Source of the DNA: Nitrospirota bacterium
Lineage (GTDB): Bacteria; Nitrospirota; UBA9217
Length of the DNA: 64,000 nt
Assembly: GCA_963754875.1 (NCBI GenBank)
Contig: CAVWHO010000007.1
Location: 64,001 to 128,000 of the forward strand
Direction of reading: 5' to 3'
In this document: positions 42,567 through 52,085 of the stretch, one piece after another
Position numbering within the stretch: position 1 is the stretch's first letter
Layout: each line of letters starts with the position of its first letter
Program-made: the position numbers and the translations under genes
The notes under the pieces: generated by a model
The model's input: the letters and a program-made list of their open reading frames with translations, nothing else
Told to the model about the DNA's origin: nothing
Database searches by the model: none

Positions 42567-43211
42567 CTACATACCTCCCGATATCCCCACTCTTCTTAAT
42601 ATATGGAAATGTATCCACAGAAAGACGCCGGTGAAGACAGGGAACCACAGCATATGCATACTGTAAAACCGGAGAAGCGTTTGCCCCGTCACTTCGGGTC
42701 CGCCGCGTACAAAGGCCGCCAGTGACGGTCCTATAAACGGCAGGGAACCGAGCATGTTGGTTCCCACCACCGTGGCCCAGTAGGCCTTCTGGTCCCAGGG
42801 CAGGAGATAGCCGGTAAAACCGAAGGACATCGTCATTACGAGCAGCAGCGTGCCGGCCACCCAGTTCAATTCGCGGGGGTTCTTATAGGAGCCGGTGATA
42901 AAGACCCTGAGCATATGGGCCAGGACCATCACCACCATCAGGTTTGCGGCCCAGTGATGGGTCGCGCGAAGCAGACGTCCGAGCGGAACAACCTGGTGCA
43001 GGCGCTGGATGCTCCGGTAGGCCTCTGCCTCCGACGGCGTGTAGTGCATGGAGAGGAGGAGGCCCGTGATCACTTGGAGAACAAAGAGCGTAAACGTAAC
43101 GCCGCCGAAGCAGTAAAAATAATTGATCCATCCGGGCACCGGTTTGTCCATGATCCGGCGGTGTCGGTTCGTGAATCCCATGCGCTTATTGAGGTAATCG
43201 AAAAGTCTCAT
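42567..43211 (-). CDS. petB: Cytochrome b6 / cytochrome b N-terminal subunit
   Basis: YCFGG, HHWAAN, HMLRVF, GYLLPWDQKAYWA and C-terminal GISGG. Confidence 0.93.
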   Translation of the reverse strand: MRLFDYLNKRMGFTNRHRRIMDKPVPGWINYFYCFGGVTFTLFVLQVITGLLLSMHYTPSEAEAYRSIQRLHQVVPLGRLLRATHHWAANLMVVMVLAHMLRVFITGSYKNPRELNWVAGTLLLVMTMSFGFTGYLLPWDQKAYWATVVGTNMLGSLPFIGPSLAAFVRGGPEVTGQTLLRFYSMHMLWFPVFTGVFLWIHFHILRRVGISGGM

Positions 43212-43253
43212 CCGAATCACTTTGTACTATGAACTCTGAACTGTGAACTTATT

Positions 43254-43706
43254 TTAGACTTTAACACCCACCAGCACCATGCCGTCCTGCGTCTTCACCG
43301 GAAACCGCGTGAGCGGCGCGGGAGGCGGGCCGGCAATGTTCTTCCCCGTCAAATCGTATCTCCCTCCGTGGCAGGGGCAAACAAACTCGCACTTGTCTTT
43401 TTGATAATTGACAAGGCAGCCGAGGTGGGAACAGACTGCGGAAAAGACAGTCGGCCCTGCAGCAGACGCTACAATGAAGACCCGGGCCTTCCGTTCTTTA
43501 CCATTCACGGAAAAAGTGAGTTCGGTTTTTTTTACGCCGGCGCGCGGGACATCGTCTTCGGGGATGAGAGGAAAGAAAGCGAGCTCCTTATCACGAGCAG
43601 GAAGGGGAGCAGAAATTTTTATCGCAGGGACCAGAAAGCCGAGACCGAGGAGCCCAAGGAGACCGTAGAGCGCTTTTTTCGAGAATTCCCTGCGGTTTGT
43701 TTCCAT
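43254..43706 (-). CDS. Rieske iron-sulfur subunit
   Basis: Tat RREF signal; CSHLGC and CPCHG motifs; GPPPAPL. Confidence 0.93.
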   Translation of the reverse strand: METNRREFSKKALYGLLGLLGLGFLVPAIKISAPLPARDKELAFFPLIPEDDVPRAGVKKTELTFSVNGKERKARVFIVASAAGPTVFSAVCSHLGCLVNYQKDKCEFVCPCHGGRYDLTGKNIAGPPPAPLTRFPVKTQDGMVLVGVKV

Positions 43707-43711
43707 GAGTT

Positions 43712-43740
43712 TTTATACTACGATGTAGGGTGCGTGTCAA
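43712..43740 (-). promoter_or_regulatory. Sigma70 promoter directly abutting the Rieske start codon
   Basis: TTGACA-17-TATAAA, then 5 nt, then ATG; no SD. Confidence 0.65.
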
Positions 43741-43858
43741 CGACAATTCCGAACAAGTAAAAAAAGGAAGATGTGGATATGCGTTGAGATCGAGGGTGCC
43801 GGAACAAGCAGATGCTATTGCGGTATAAGCGGTATAAAATGACGCCAAAGGGTCGTGT

Positions 43859-44479
43859 TTACATGGGCTGGAAACCAGCAGGACAATAATTAAACTTCCC
43901 TATCTGAAAATCCGTTTGTGACGTAAACGTGACTGGCACTCCATTTTCACTGTGTCCCATGAATGTATAAGTGGCCGTATAATTATTGAGGAAGCTCGGC
44001 GCAGTCAGCGCATCGGTATTGTATTGATTTTTTCTTTTCAGATCAACTAATTCTACAGTGATACTTGTCACAGGACTTGGCGTCGCACTACTCACGATGA
44101 AACTGATTGTTTTGTTCCTTGTATCCGACTGTATTGACGGCGCGCCGGCTGAATCTGCCGAAGCCTGATAATCAATGGTATAGCTGTCAATATAAACTAT
44201 TAACTGCTTAATAACGTTGCTCGGGTTAATAAGACTCGCGCTGATTGAAACTGTCGCAGTATGATCGGCAAAATACTCAAGTTGTGTCGTTCCGCTGGGG
44301 TCCGTGCAAAGGTTCTGAACTGCGTCGACGGAAGAAGTATTTACTCCATTGTACGTCGGCGTTATCGTCGCGCTGACGGTGACACCGGGGCTGTCTTTGC
44401 TGCCCCCCCCGCACCCGCTCGTGAAAAGTGCAGCTGCAAAAATACACATGGCACCGTAGTTACGAAGTCTATGCTTCAT
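43859..44479 (-). CDS. Lipoprotein downstream of the secretin
   Basis: Lipobox TSGC-GGG; beta-rich; GGAGG SD. Confidence 0.75.
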   Translation of the reverse strand: MKHRLRNYGAMCIFAAALFTSGCGGGSKDSPGVTVSATITPTYNGVNTSSVDAVQNLCTDPSGTTQLEYFADHTATVSISASLINPSNVIKQLIVYIDSYTIDYQASADSAGAPSIQSDTRNKTISFIVSSATPSPVTSITVELVDLKRKNQYNTDALTAPSFLNNYTATYTFMGHSENGVPVTFTSQTDFQIGKFNYCPAGFQPM

Positions 44480-44600
44480 AGATCAGTCCTCCCCGTCGAC
44501 TGCATAGGGCTTCCGGTCGATGGATTCCGCACATTCTGGCAGAGCAGGAAAGCCTTTATCGGCTTTTCATAGAACAACACAGAAACTCGAAGCCGTTTTG

Positions 44601-45989
44601 TTATTCCTTTACAATCGTCGGCGTAATAAAAATCATGAGCTCATCTTCAATCTTGGATGTGCTTTTATTCTTAAAGAGCCAGCCGAGGATCGGTATCTTG
44701 GACAGGAATGGCACTGCTGCTTCGGATTCCGCCTCAGTCTTGGTGAGGATCCCTCCGAGCACGATTGTCTCGCCGTCGTTCACGAGCACCTCTGTGTTGG
44801 CATCACGCTTCGTGATCGTGGGAATTCCGTCTACTTCCCGGGAAAAATCAGGTTCCGATTTTTCCACTTTGATTACCATGGCGATTTTATTGTCGCTCGT
44901 AATCGTAGGAATTGCCGAAAGCGAGAGGCTTGCGGATATGATTTGAACCCCGGCGGTGTTCGTGCTGCCTGCCCCTGTGTTGGCTGTGGCGCTCACAATT
45001 CTTACCGGGATATCGGTGCCGCTCGATATTTTCGCTTCCTTGTTGTTGATTGTCAGTACTTTCGGGTTCGACAGTATCTTTCCGTTGCCTGTTGTCTGCA
45101 TTGCCGATAGCTGGAGATCGAGCGAGAGCTTGCCGCCGAGTTTGCCGAAAGAGATGCCGAGCGCGCCGCCCGAGCCGGCGCCCACCGCGGCCGGCAAGTT
45201 CACGGCATAGGCATTGCCGCTCAGTCCAACATCACCGGTGAGGGGAAAAAAGGCCGAAGTCCCGATTGCAGACGACGACCCGCTTGTTCCGCCGCTCGTG
45301 CCGCTGTTGACGCCGGTAACGCCGCCGGTCACGACCGTGGTACCGTTACGACCAATACCCGTATACTGGCCGCCCCACTGGACTCCGAGGTCCCTGGCGT
45401 AATTCGTCGATACTTCTACGATCTTCGCCTCGATCAGCACCTCCGGCATTTTCACGTCAAGATTCCTGAGCAGCCGGGCCATCTCGTCCAGATTCAGGGA
45501 TAGGTCTCTGACCACGATTGCGTTCATTCTGTTGTCGACCGAAAGCTTTGCCCTCTCGCTTTTGACCTTCTCAATGATAGGAAGAAGGTCCTGGCTGCTG
45601 GCGTGACCGAGAGGATATACCCTGGTTTCCATATCGATGTCTCTCACGTCCGACAGTGCAAGCACGCGGACCATATTTGCATCCCGCACGTACGTAAGCC
45701 CCTTGGTCTTCAGGATGGATTCCAGAGCTGCCCACAAATCCACGTCTTTGAGGCTAAGCGTCACAAGTCCCGAAACGCTGTCATTGATGATGATATTCAG
45801 GTTTGCTGCCTGCCCCACGGCGCGTAAAACGTCTTTAATTTCCGCATTGCGAAATTCCATGGAGAGGGGGGCCCCCGTTACTCCCGTGACTTCGATCGTA
45901 TCTGCGTCAGCGTTGCCAAGCGCAAGCAATGCCAATGCGGCTACCAGCAAAACGATGCGGCCACGGCCTACACGTGGGATTCTTGCCAT
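44601..45989 (-). CDS. pilQ: Type IV pilus secretin (PilQ/MshL-like)
   Basis: STN/N domains, VLIEAKIVE, NPKVLTINNKEAKI and VPFLSKIPILGWLFK motifs. Confidence 0.92.
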   Translation of the reverse strand: MARIPRVGRGRIVLLVAALALLALGNADADTIEVTGVTGAPLSMEFRNAEIKDVLRAVGQAANLNIIINDSVSGLVTLSLKDVDLWAALESILKTKGLTYVRDANMVRVLALSDVRDIDMETRVYPLGHASSQDLLPIIEKVKSERAKLSVDNRMNAIVVRDLSLNLDEMARLLRNLDVKMPEVLIEAKIVEVSTNYARDLGVQWGGQYTGIGRNGTTVVTGGVTGVNSGTSGGTSGSSSAIGTSAFFPLTGDVGLSGNAYAVNLPAAVGAGSGGALGISFGKLGGKLSLDLQLSAMQTTGNGKILSNPKVLTINNKEAKISSGTDIPVRIVSATANTGAGSTNTAGVQIISASLSLSAIPTITSDNKIAMVIKVEKSEPDFSREVDGIPTITKRDANTEVLVNDGETIVLGGILTKTEAESEAAVPFLSKIPILGWLFKNKSTSKIEDELMIFITPTIVKE

Positions 45990-45999
45990 AAGCGCCTCC

Positions 46000-46416
46000 C
46001 TACTTCCGAATGGAAAAGTTTTCCAGAAAAATCTCTTCTGTGCTGCCTGTACTGCTCATGAGCACGATGCTGCTTTTACGGATGTTCATCAGTTTCTGGT
46101 CCCCGACCATGCTTCCTTCCTTGACTATTTCACCGCCGATGATTGCGATGCGAACATCTTTACCGTAGATAATCCCGGTGACTTTCTTCTCTGGCGCACG
46201 CGTAGCCGGAGCGGCCACAGTTCCTTCAAACGGCTTGGAAAAGGGATCTCTGCCCCATTTGCCGCCGCTGTCTTGTGAAGTGATCGTGGCTGAAGAGCCA
46301 GGCCTGTCGCCGAAGAATGGGTCCCGCTCCTGCCCGCCCTGCTGTGCGGAAACAACGCTCGTGAGGGCCGCCGTTGCGATCATCATCCCTATATATAGTA
46401 TTGTCTTGTGTATCAT
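46000..46416 (-). CDS. PilP/MshK-like assembly protein
   Basis: RDPF twice, VTGIIY..AIIGGEIVKEG; position between pilO and the secretin. Confidence 0.7.
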   Translation of the reverse strand: MIHKTILYIGMMIATAALTSVVSAQQGGQERDPFFGDRPGSSATITSQDSGGKWGRDPFSKPFEGTVAAPATRAPEKKVTGIIYGKDVRIAIIGGEIVKEGSMVGDQKLMNIRKSSIVLMSSTGSTEEIFLENFSIRK

Positions 46417-46541
46417 GAACCGGATAGCCCGAAACCGAAATGCTTCTTACATATATATAGCTAAGAATTTCTTCGCCGCCCTTTCGTCAAGGGCGAGGAA
46501 TCTACTTTGTCGTCCAAATTCGCAAACTGCTTTGCAGTTCT

Positions 46542-47078
46542 CTACTTTGCCAAATACGTGACCGCTTCCAGCTGCGTCGCACATGATGAAGAGGCGTCCG
46601 GGCAGGCGTCGACCCGGAGCTTCCGTATATTCACCAAGCGCGACTGATGTTCAATGTGTTTGAAATACTCAGCCAGCTCGCGATATCGACCTTTGAGGTC
46701 GAGACTCATGGTCACTTCCTTATGATTATCCTTTTCAATCTCCTGCGAAGGATGCACGGCAATCAGGCTGACTCCTTCCTTCCGCGCCTCGGCAGAAACA
46801 TCTTCCAGGACCAATATCACTCCCTTTTGGTCCGCAAGCTGCCAGCCCTGTGCACCTGCCTTGATGTCCGCGGCCCTCGCCTTCAGATCGGCAATCTGGA
46901 GGGAAAGATCGACGATCGATTTCTGCGTGGCATCAATGTCTGCTTTTACCGATGAAATCCTGCTTTCCGCGATCGTATAGGGAAAACGGTATATCAATCC
47001 TCCGGTGAGCGTCAGTATCACCAGGAACATAAGAATACGCTCACGCGTAGAAAATTTACGCTGGAATAAAGCGGCCAT
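46542..47078 (-). CDS. pilO: PilO/MshJ-like protein
   Basis: STRERIL TM, coiled coil, GRYRELAEYF..RLVNI. Confidence 0.8.
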   Translation of the reverse strand: MAALFQRKFSTRERILMFLVILTLTGGLIYRFPYTIAESRISSVKADIDATQKSIVDLSLQIADLKARAADIKAGAQGWQLADQKGVILVLEDVSAEARKEGVSLIAVHPSQEIEKDNHKEVTMSLDLKGRYRELAEYFKHIEHQSRLVNIRKLRVDACPDASSSCATQLEAVTYLAK

Positions 47079-47644
47079 CAGGGCACCCCTTGGGTTTTCA
47101 CACCGCAATGGATTTCGAACCCCACTACATCTCGGCCTTGGACCGTGGATTTCTGCGCAAACAAAAGCTCCGGCTTTTCAAAATATCCCGTCTGCTCCAT
47201 GGCGAGCATAAAATCAGAGATCAGGCGATAGTTGAACGCGCCCCCCCTGATCTTGATCTCTGCCTGGCCGACCGAGCTACCTTCCAGGCTGTCGAACCAC
47301 ACTCCGCGTGGAATAATATGCGAAAATTGTTGAAAGACTTCGGACCACAAAACTCTCTCTTTCAGCAGGCTTTGTATCAGTGTCGCCTGCTGGGGATCTG
47401 CATTCGGCCCGGTCAACCCGAGCTCTGCGCGGACCGCGGCAACCTGCTGTTCGAGCGCAAGTTTCTGGGGCGTCAACGAAGCCAGGCTGGCCCGAAGGTC
47501 CATCCACTGTTTGGCCTTCAAACCGAACAGGACGAGCCAAACGAGCACAAAGAGGGTACCGGCAACCAACCAGGGACTTGAGGCTTTAGCCGGCTTCTTA
47601 TCCTTCGGCGGAAGAAGGTTTATGTACTCTTGTACTGTTTTCAT
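47078..47644 (-). CDS. pilN: PilN-like protein
   Basis: INLLP, WSEVF..IPRGVWF motifs. Confidence 0.88.
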   Translation of the reverse strand: MKTVQEYINLLPPKDKKPAKASSPWLVAGTLFVLVWLVLFGLKAKQWMDLRASLASLTPQKLALEQQVAAVRAELGLTGPNADPQQATLIQSLLKERVLWSEVFQQFSHIIPRGVWFDSLEGSSVGQAEIKIRGGAFNYRLISDFMLAMEQTGYFEKPELLFAQKSTVQGRDVVGFEIHCGVKTQGVP

Positions 47645-47699
47645 GAGGCTTCTATTACTTTCTCTTTCCAGTTTTGCCTGGGGGATGAGGGCTCAATTT

Positions 47700-48725
47700 T
47701 CACATCTTCCTTAGCGCCAGACCCACGACCGCCGAGAAACACGGCGCCAGGGGGCCGAACTCCGCCCCGAGTGCATCCTCGCATTTCAACGCGCCAAAAG
47801 GATCGCAGCGCTCGACAGGGAGACCGAGAGACTGGGAAAAATATTCCGGAAGCCCCCTCATAAGAGTAGCTCCGCCGGTCACGACCGCCCGGTCCACTGC
47901 CTTTTCGTGGGATGTCGTCCTGTAGTATTCGACGGAGCGTCGGATTTCCATAAGGAAAGCGTCGAGCCTGCCGACAACGGCTGCAACAGTCTTGTTCTTT
48001 TCCGGAGACGCCAGCAGATCAATATTCCGCTTGAATGCCTCGGCGTCCTGCATGCCCACATTCAGATCGTCTGCCACAAGGCGGGTGAGGTCCGCTCCCC
48101 CTGTCTCCAGACAGCGGCTGAAACGGAGAATCCCACCCTTGAAAATATCGATTTCCATTTTTCCGGCCCCGATGTCCACGACAAGGGTGTCCGCTGCGGC
48201 ATTCTCACCGCGAAAAAAGAGGACATTGCGCAGCGCCAAAGCGTTCGCGTCCACAGCCGAAATTTTGATGCCTGCTTCATCAAAAGGAAGAAGGTGCTCC
48301 TTTACCTTGCTTGCGTCGGCCGCCACCATGACAAGATCGTACTTGTCAACCGTCCCTTCTTTTTTTTCATCCGTGATCAGATACTCTACGAGCGCCGTAT
48401 CGAGGGGATAGGAAATATGCCGTTTTGCCTCCCAGCGGACGGCCTCGCGCAATTCGGCAAGCGGCATCTTAGGAAGGGTAAGCGAGCGGATGGTAAGGTC
48501 CTTACCGGGCATCTGCGTGATGACGTTTTTGCGACCGATTTTTTTCTCGGAAAATAAATACCGAAGGTTCGTGCCGACGGACTCACCAGCGGCAGCATCA
48601 GGCGAGAACTCGATGATAGCGGCGGCGAGAAGCTTTGGCTGCTTGCCTTGCCTGATCCGCACGGCCTTGATGCCGCCCGCGCCGATGTCGATTCCCGTTA
48701 TTTCATTCGGTCCGAATAGTCCCAT
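47700..48725 (-). CDS. pilM: PilM actin-like assembly protein
   Basis: GIDIG, VDIGA, TGGA and AVVGLALR motifs. Confidence 0.92.
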   Translation of the reverse strand: MGLFGPNEITGIDIGAGGIKAVRIRQGKQPKLLAAAIIEFSPDAAAGESVGTNLRYLFSEKKIGRKNVITQMPGKDLTIRSLTLPKMPLAELREAVRWEAKRHISYPLDTALVEYLITDEKKEGTVDKYDLVMVAADASKVKEHLLPFDEAGIKISAVDANALALRNVLFFRGENAAADTLVVDIGAGKMEIDIFKGGILRFSRCLETGGADLTRLVADDLNVGMQDAEAFKRNIDLLASPEKNKTVAAVVGRLDAFLMEIRRSVEYYRTTSHEKAVDRAVVTGGATLMRGLPEYFSQSLGLPVERCDPFGALKCEDALGAEFGPLAPCFSAVVGLALRKM

Positions 48726-48772
48726 AAAATAAGCAGCTCAGAACTGCAAAAAGATCCTCACGTTCATTTTTC

Positions 48773-48840
48773 TACAGTTACAGTTAACTGTAACTACAGT
48801 TACGCTGTAATAAATAACCACGAATCCCACTCACTGTCAA
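48773..48840 (-). promoter_or_regulatory. Internal pilM promoter with a perfect 20-bp palindrome
   Basis: AGTTACAGTTAACTGTAACT at 48776-48795, three TACAGTTA repeats, TTGACA at 48840-48835. Confidence 0.65.
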
Positions 48841-48917
48841 GGGAAAACTGTTAGTCATCAAATTTCTGGTCGTCGGGCGATTTCCCCGGTAATAAAGTGC
48901 CGCGTTCCCCCTGCATT

Positions 48918-50594
48918 TCACTCTATGTCCTCATGCCAAATGCCGGTGTCGGTGGCATTCATATCGCCGGTATTGAAGGGATTGACGGTTACCGTGGTCT
49001 GTTTCACCCTCGTCACTGGCGGCACCGCATCGTCGGTGATCGTAACGTCAAAGGTGTAGTTCCCTGGCGCAAGAGGTGTTTGTGAAAAAAGCAGGGAATA
49101 ACTGCCGCCACTCCCTCCCGGAGGGATACGGTCCGCTGCGGCCTGCGCAGTAAAGGTCGTTGATCCTGCAGGTCTTGTCCAGGAGTCATCGTCAACGATT
49201 GCCATGTTAGTCACGAGTGCATAGCCATCATCATCGAAGGTCCAGCCGGCAGGAATGGAAATCGTGACTTGATTGATATTGGAACAGGCCCAGTTCTCAA
49301 TATTCCAGCTAATTTCCGCATCAGTGCTGTCGGCATTCGTCGTTCCGGCATTAACGATGTACCCGTCCACATCCCGCACTGTCGACGTGGCCGTCGCCGT
49401 CGTAAGAACGCCGTTCGTTGCATAGCCTTGAACAGCATAGGTCTCATTCGGAAGCCCGGTCACCGGTGCCGTCCAGGTAAAGGTGCCGGTAGCACCGTTA
49501 GCTATCGAGATCGGCGTTTGTGCCGCCGGGTTGAACGTGCCGATCGCGGCCGAGCCGGTAACCACAGGGACAAGAGCTGAAGGGACTACATTGTTCACAG
49601 CAGCTCCCGTGGTGTTTGAGACGACCATCACAAATGTTGCAACATCGCCGGAATACAGACAGTCCGGATTATTCGTAAATGAAGTTATGGAAAACCCGCA
49701 AACCAGTGCCGAATTGATGTTTACGGTAGAAGAAGATATCGTCGCAGATGTTCGTGATGTGCCCGAACTGGTAGTACAACTGCCGTTGGTGCTCGCACAA
49801 GCGGTAAAATAGACCGACCCGCCGGTAGGACCGGTATCCGTAAGCGTGTAATTCCATGTAATGATCCCTGTGGCTCCGGCATTCAGGTTCAGGGTGGGAG
49901 GGTTGGGCGCCGGCGTCGGATTATTAACGTTAGCGCTGGTCGTGTTCGCCGTCGTCCGCGGTGAAGGCACCGGAGCAATAGCGTTCACCGTTCCGCCGGT
50001 TTTATTCGTCACCGTCATGGTCAAGGTAAATTGGCAATTGTTCCCTACACTAGTAGACGAGGGGACCAGTGTCATGAGAAGCGACTTCCAGGTCCAGGCG
50101 CCTTGGTTATAAAGGTTAGCGGTCCGGGTCCTCGATCCAGTCCAGAACGAGGCGACCACACTGCTCAATACGTCATTCCTGTCAGTGGTCAAGGTCGTGT
50201 TGTTAATGATGTTAAAAGTAAAGTTTTGCGAACCGGGCGATGAAATTCTGTTGGCCGTGGCATTCGCAGAGCAGGTGATCCTCCGATAGTTGCTTCCTGA
50301 TGACCTCGATAATGAGCATGTCCAACCCGTTACGGCTATGGTTTGCGGAGGGAAAAAACTGTACGTTCCGGACACATTGAACTGTACTGTTGTTATTTTT
50401 TCGCCGACATTACCTCCGTTACTGGTATTAGCAACGGTGAAGGTCATGGGTTGAGCAGCGCCCATAGGGAATACAGCAGGCGTAGTAACCTGTTTCACCG
50501 TAAACTGACGCGTGGCCTCTGCAGGGGTCTGCCAGAGGCACAGCACGGCGCAGACAAAAAAGGCAAGACCCATTTTTTTTAAACTACTCGTCAT
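48918..50594 (-). CDS. Secreted Thr/Asn-rich multi-Ig-like protein, putative pilus tip adhesin
   Basis: Signal peptide, repeated (M/F)TVxN and TWxY/A strands, Cys pairs, C-terminal GIWHEDIE; follows the minor pilins. Confidence 0.65.
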   Translation of the reverse strand: MTSSLKKMGLAFFVCAVLCLWQTPAEATRQFTVKQVTTPAVFPMGAAQPMTFTVANTSNGGNVGEKITTVQFNVSGTYSFFPPQTIAVTGWTCSLSRSSGSNYRRITCSANATANRISSPGSQNFTFNIINNTTLTTDRNDVLSSVVASFWTGSRTRTANLYNQGAWTWKSLLMTLVPSSTSVGNNCQFTLTMTVTNKTGGTVNAIAPVPSPRTTANTTSANVNNPTPAPNPPTLNLNAGATGIITWNYTLTDTGPTGGSVYFTACASTNGSCTTSSGTSRTSATISSSTVNINSALVCGFSITSFTNNPDCLYSGDVATFVMVVSNTTGAAVNNVVPSALVPVVTGSAAIGTFNPAAQTPISIANGATGTFTWTAPVTGLPNETYAVQGYATNGVLTTATATSTVRDVDGYIVNAGTTNADSTDAEISWNIENWACSNINQVTISIPAGWTFDDDGYALVTNMAIVDDDSWTRPAGSTTFTAQAAADRIPPGGSGGSYSLLFSQTPLAPGNYTFDVTITDDAVPPVTRVKQTTVTVNPFNTGDMNATDTGIWHEDIE

Positions 50595-50611
50595 AGAACT
50601 GCTCCCTGCCG

Positions 50612-51463
50612 CTACCGTTGCACCGTTTTTCTTACGACCCGCACGGCTGCTCCCAGGGCGCCCGTGGAAGTGACCTCGGACTGCATATCAGCAGAGCCGC
50701 CCGCAAGCAGCGGGGTTACCGGCCTGCCGGCATTGTGTGCCGCGCTTACAGAACCGTTCAGGCAGCGCTGGACCCCGGTCAGTATCATGTTGCCGCCACC
50801 AGAACTGGAGCCGCTGTAGACAATCTCCTCACCTTCGATAGTAACGATCCCCGAACCAAGGAACTTTACATTCGCCGCGATACGAAAGCTTGCAGGGCTG
50901 CTGCAGGAATTGGCCAGCGCATCGACAAGAGTGGTCACGGGATAGACATTGGTCCCTCTGCTGAAGCTGTTTGCCGCTGTGGCTATCGTGCCGATGGTTT
51001 GTCCACGGGCAGTTAGAGTGAACGTGTTTGCATTGAGAATCGTATATTGCACGAACTCAGCGCCTGCAGTAACGTCATCATCGATTTGCAGAATGCCGCT
51101 TGGCGGAAACCCGTTCGTCGTGTAAACGGTAGCGGTCCCGGCCCCTGCGAGCAACCTTCTTTTAAGCGTCGTTGCAGGCACCCTCGTGGTTGCAGTAAAG
51201 TTTCCTGCGCCGAGATTCGTCGCAGGGGCCGTGAACAGGGGATCTGTTGTGCCCCGGTACCAGTCGAGATTTTGGGCGAGGGACCGCTGTTCAAACTCAA
51301 TGCCTCCCTCGGCAATGAAAAACGCCTGCAGAGACTGCAGGTCGTTGATAGAGCTGAACGTGCCGGTATTGACGAGAGATACAAACATCGCGCCCATAAA
51401 TGCCAGGATCACAATAATGAATATCGCGATGATGATGGAAGTGCCTTTTTGATTTCTGATCAT
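50612..51463 (-). CDS. PilX/MshP-like minor pilin with inserted repeat domain
   Basis: QKG-TSIIIAIF N-terminus lacking Glu5; QAFFIAEGGIE. Confidence 0.8.
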   Translation of the reverse strand: MIRNQKGTSIIIAIFIIVILAFMGAMFVSLVNTGTFSSINDLQSLQAFFIAEGGIEFEQRSLAQNLDWYRGTTDPLFTAPATNLGAGNFTATTRVPATTLKRRLLAGAGTATVYTTNGFPPSGILQIDDDVTAGAEFVQYTILNANTFTLTARGQTIGTIATAANSFSRGTNVYPVTTLVDALANSCSSPASFRIAANVKFLGSGIVTIEGEEIVYSGSSSGGGNMILTGVQRCLNGSVSAAHNAGRPVTPLLAGGSADMQSEVTSTGALGAAVRVVRKTVQR

Positions 51464-51521
51464 TGCGTCTGCAAATCCCCATGGCCCTTAAGTGGGCAAA
51501 GGACTTGATACCTTCACGATG

Positions 51522-52067
51522 TTAGAAGTTCATCGGGTGCACTCGTGTTTGTATTGTCAGGGATTGAGTCCCCTGCAGGGCCGTTATTTTTATCACTACA
51601 AACCAAACCTGATCGGCTGTTACAGCGACTGTCGTCCCATCCTGCTGAAAATAAGAGAAAGAAGAATTGGCCGGGTCAATAGATGATGCCAGGTTGTTCC
51701 AGCCGCCCCAAGCCAGAGGACTGCAGGTGGCGCTTTCCTGGCGTCTCACCGTCGTACCGCTCACCTGAAATTCAACGGCCTTGCCCGTAACATCGCAGAA
51801 GACCAGGTCCGTTGATATCATTGTCAGAATGTCGGTCGGTGTGGCGTCCCGGATAAGCCGTGCTTCCCGGGCGATGCGTTCCACGGCAAGCCGCGCCTGG
51901 TAGTGGACATCACTGCGCGTGTCCTCGGCGGAATAGGACCTCACCCCCTGCATGACGATCAGGGCGCCGATCCCGGAGATGATAGATACGATCACGATCG
52001 TGATGATGATCTCGATAAGGGTGAAGCCTGCGCTTCGTGTCCTCTTAGGTTGTTTACCAGTACGCAT
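51522..52067 (-). CDS. Minor pilin (MshO/PilW-like)
   Basis: G-FTLIE prepilin motif; ARLAVERIAREAR. Confidence 0.85.
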   Translation of the reverse strand: MRTGKQPKRTRSAGFTLIEIIITIVIVSIISGIGALIVMQGVRSYSAEDTRSDVHYQARLAVERIAREARLIRDATPTDILTMISTDLVFCDVTGKAVEFQVSGTTVRRQESATCSPLAWGGWNNLASSIDPANSSFSYFQQDGTTVAVTADQVWFVVIKITALQGTQSLTIQTRVHPMNF

Positions 52068-52085
52068 GATATTGTTCGGATTGCA

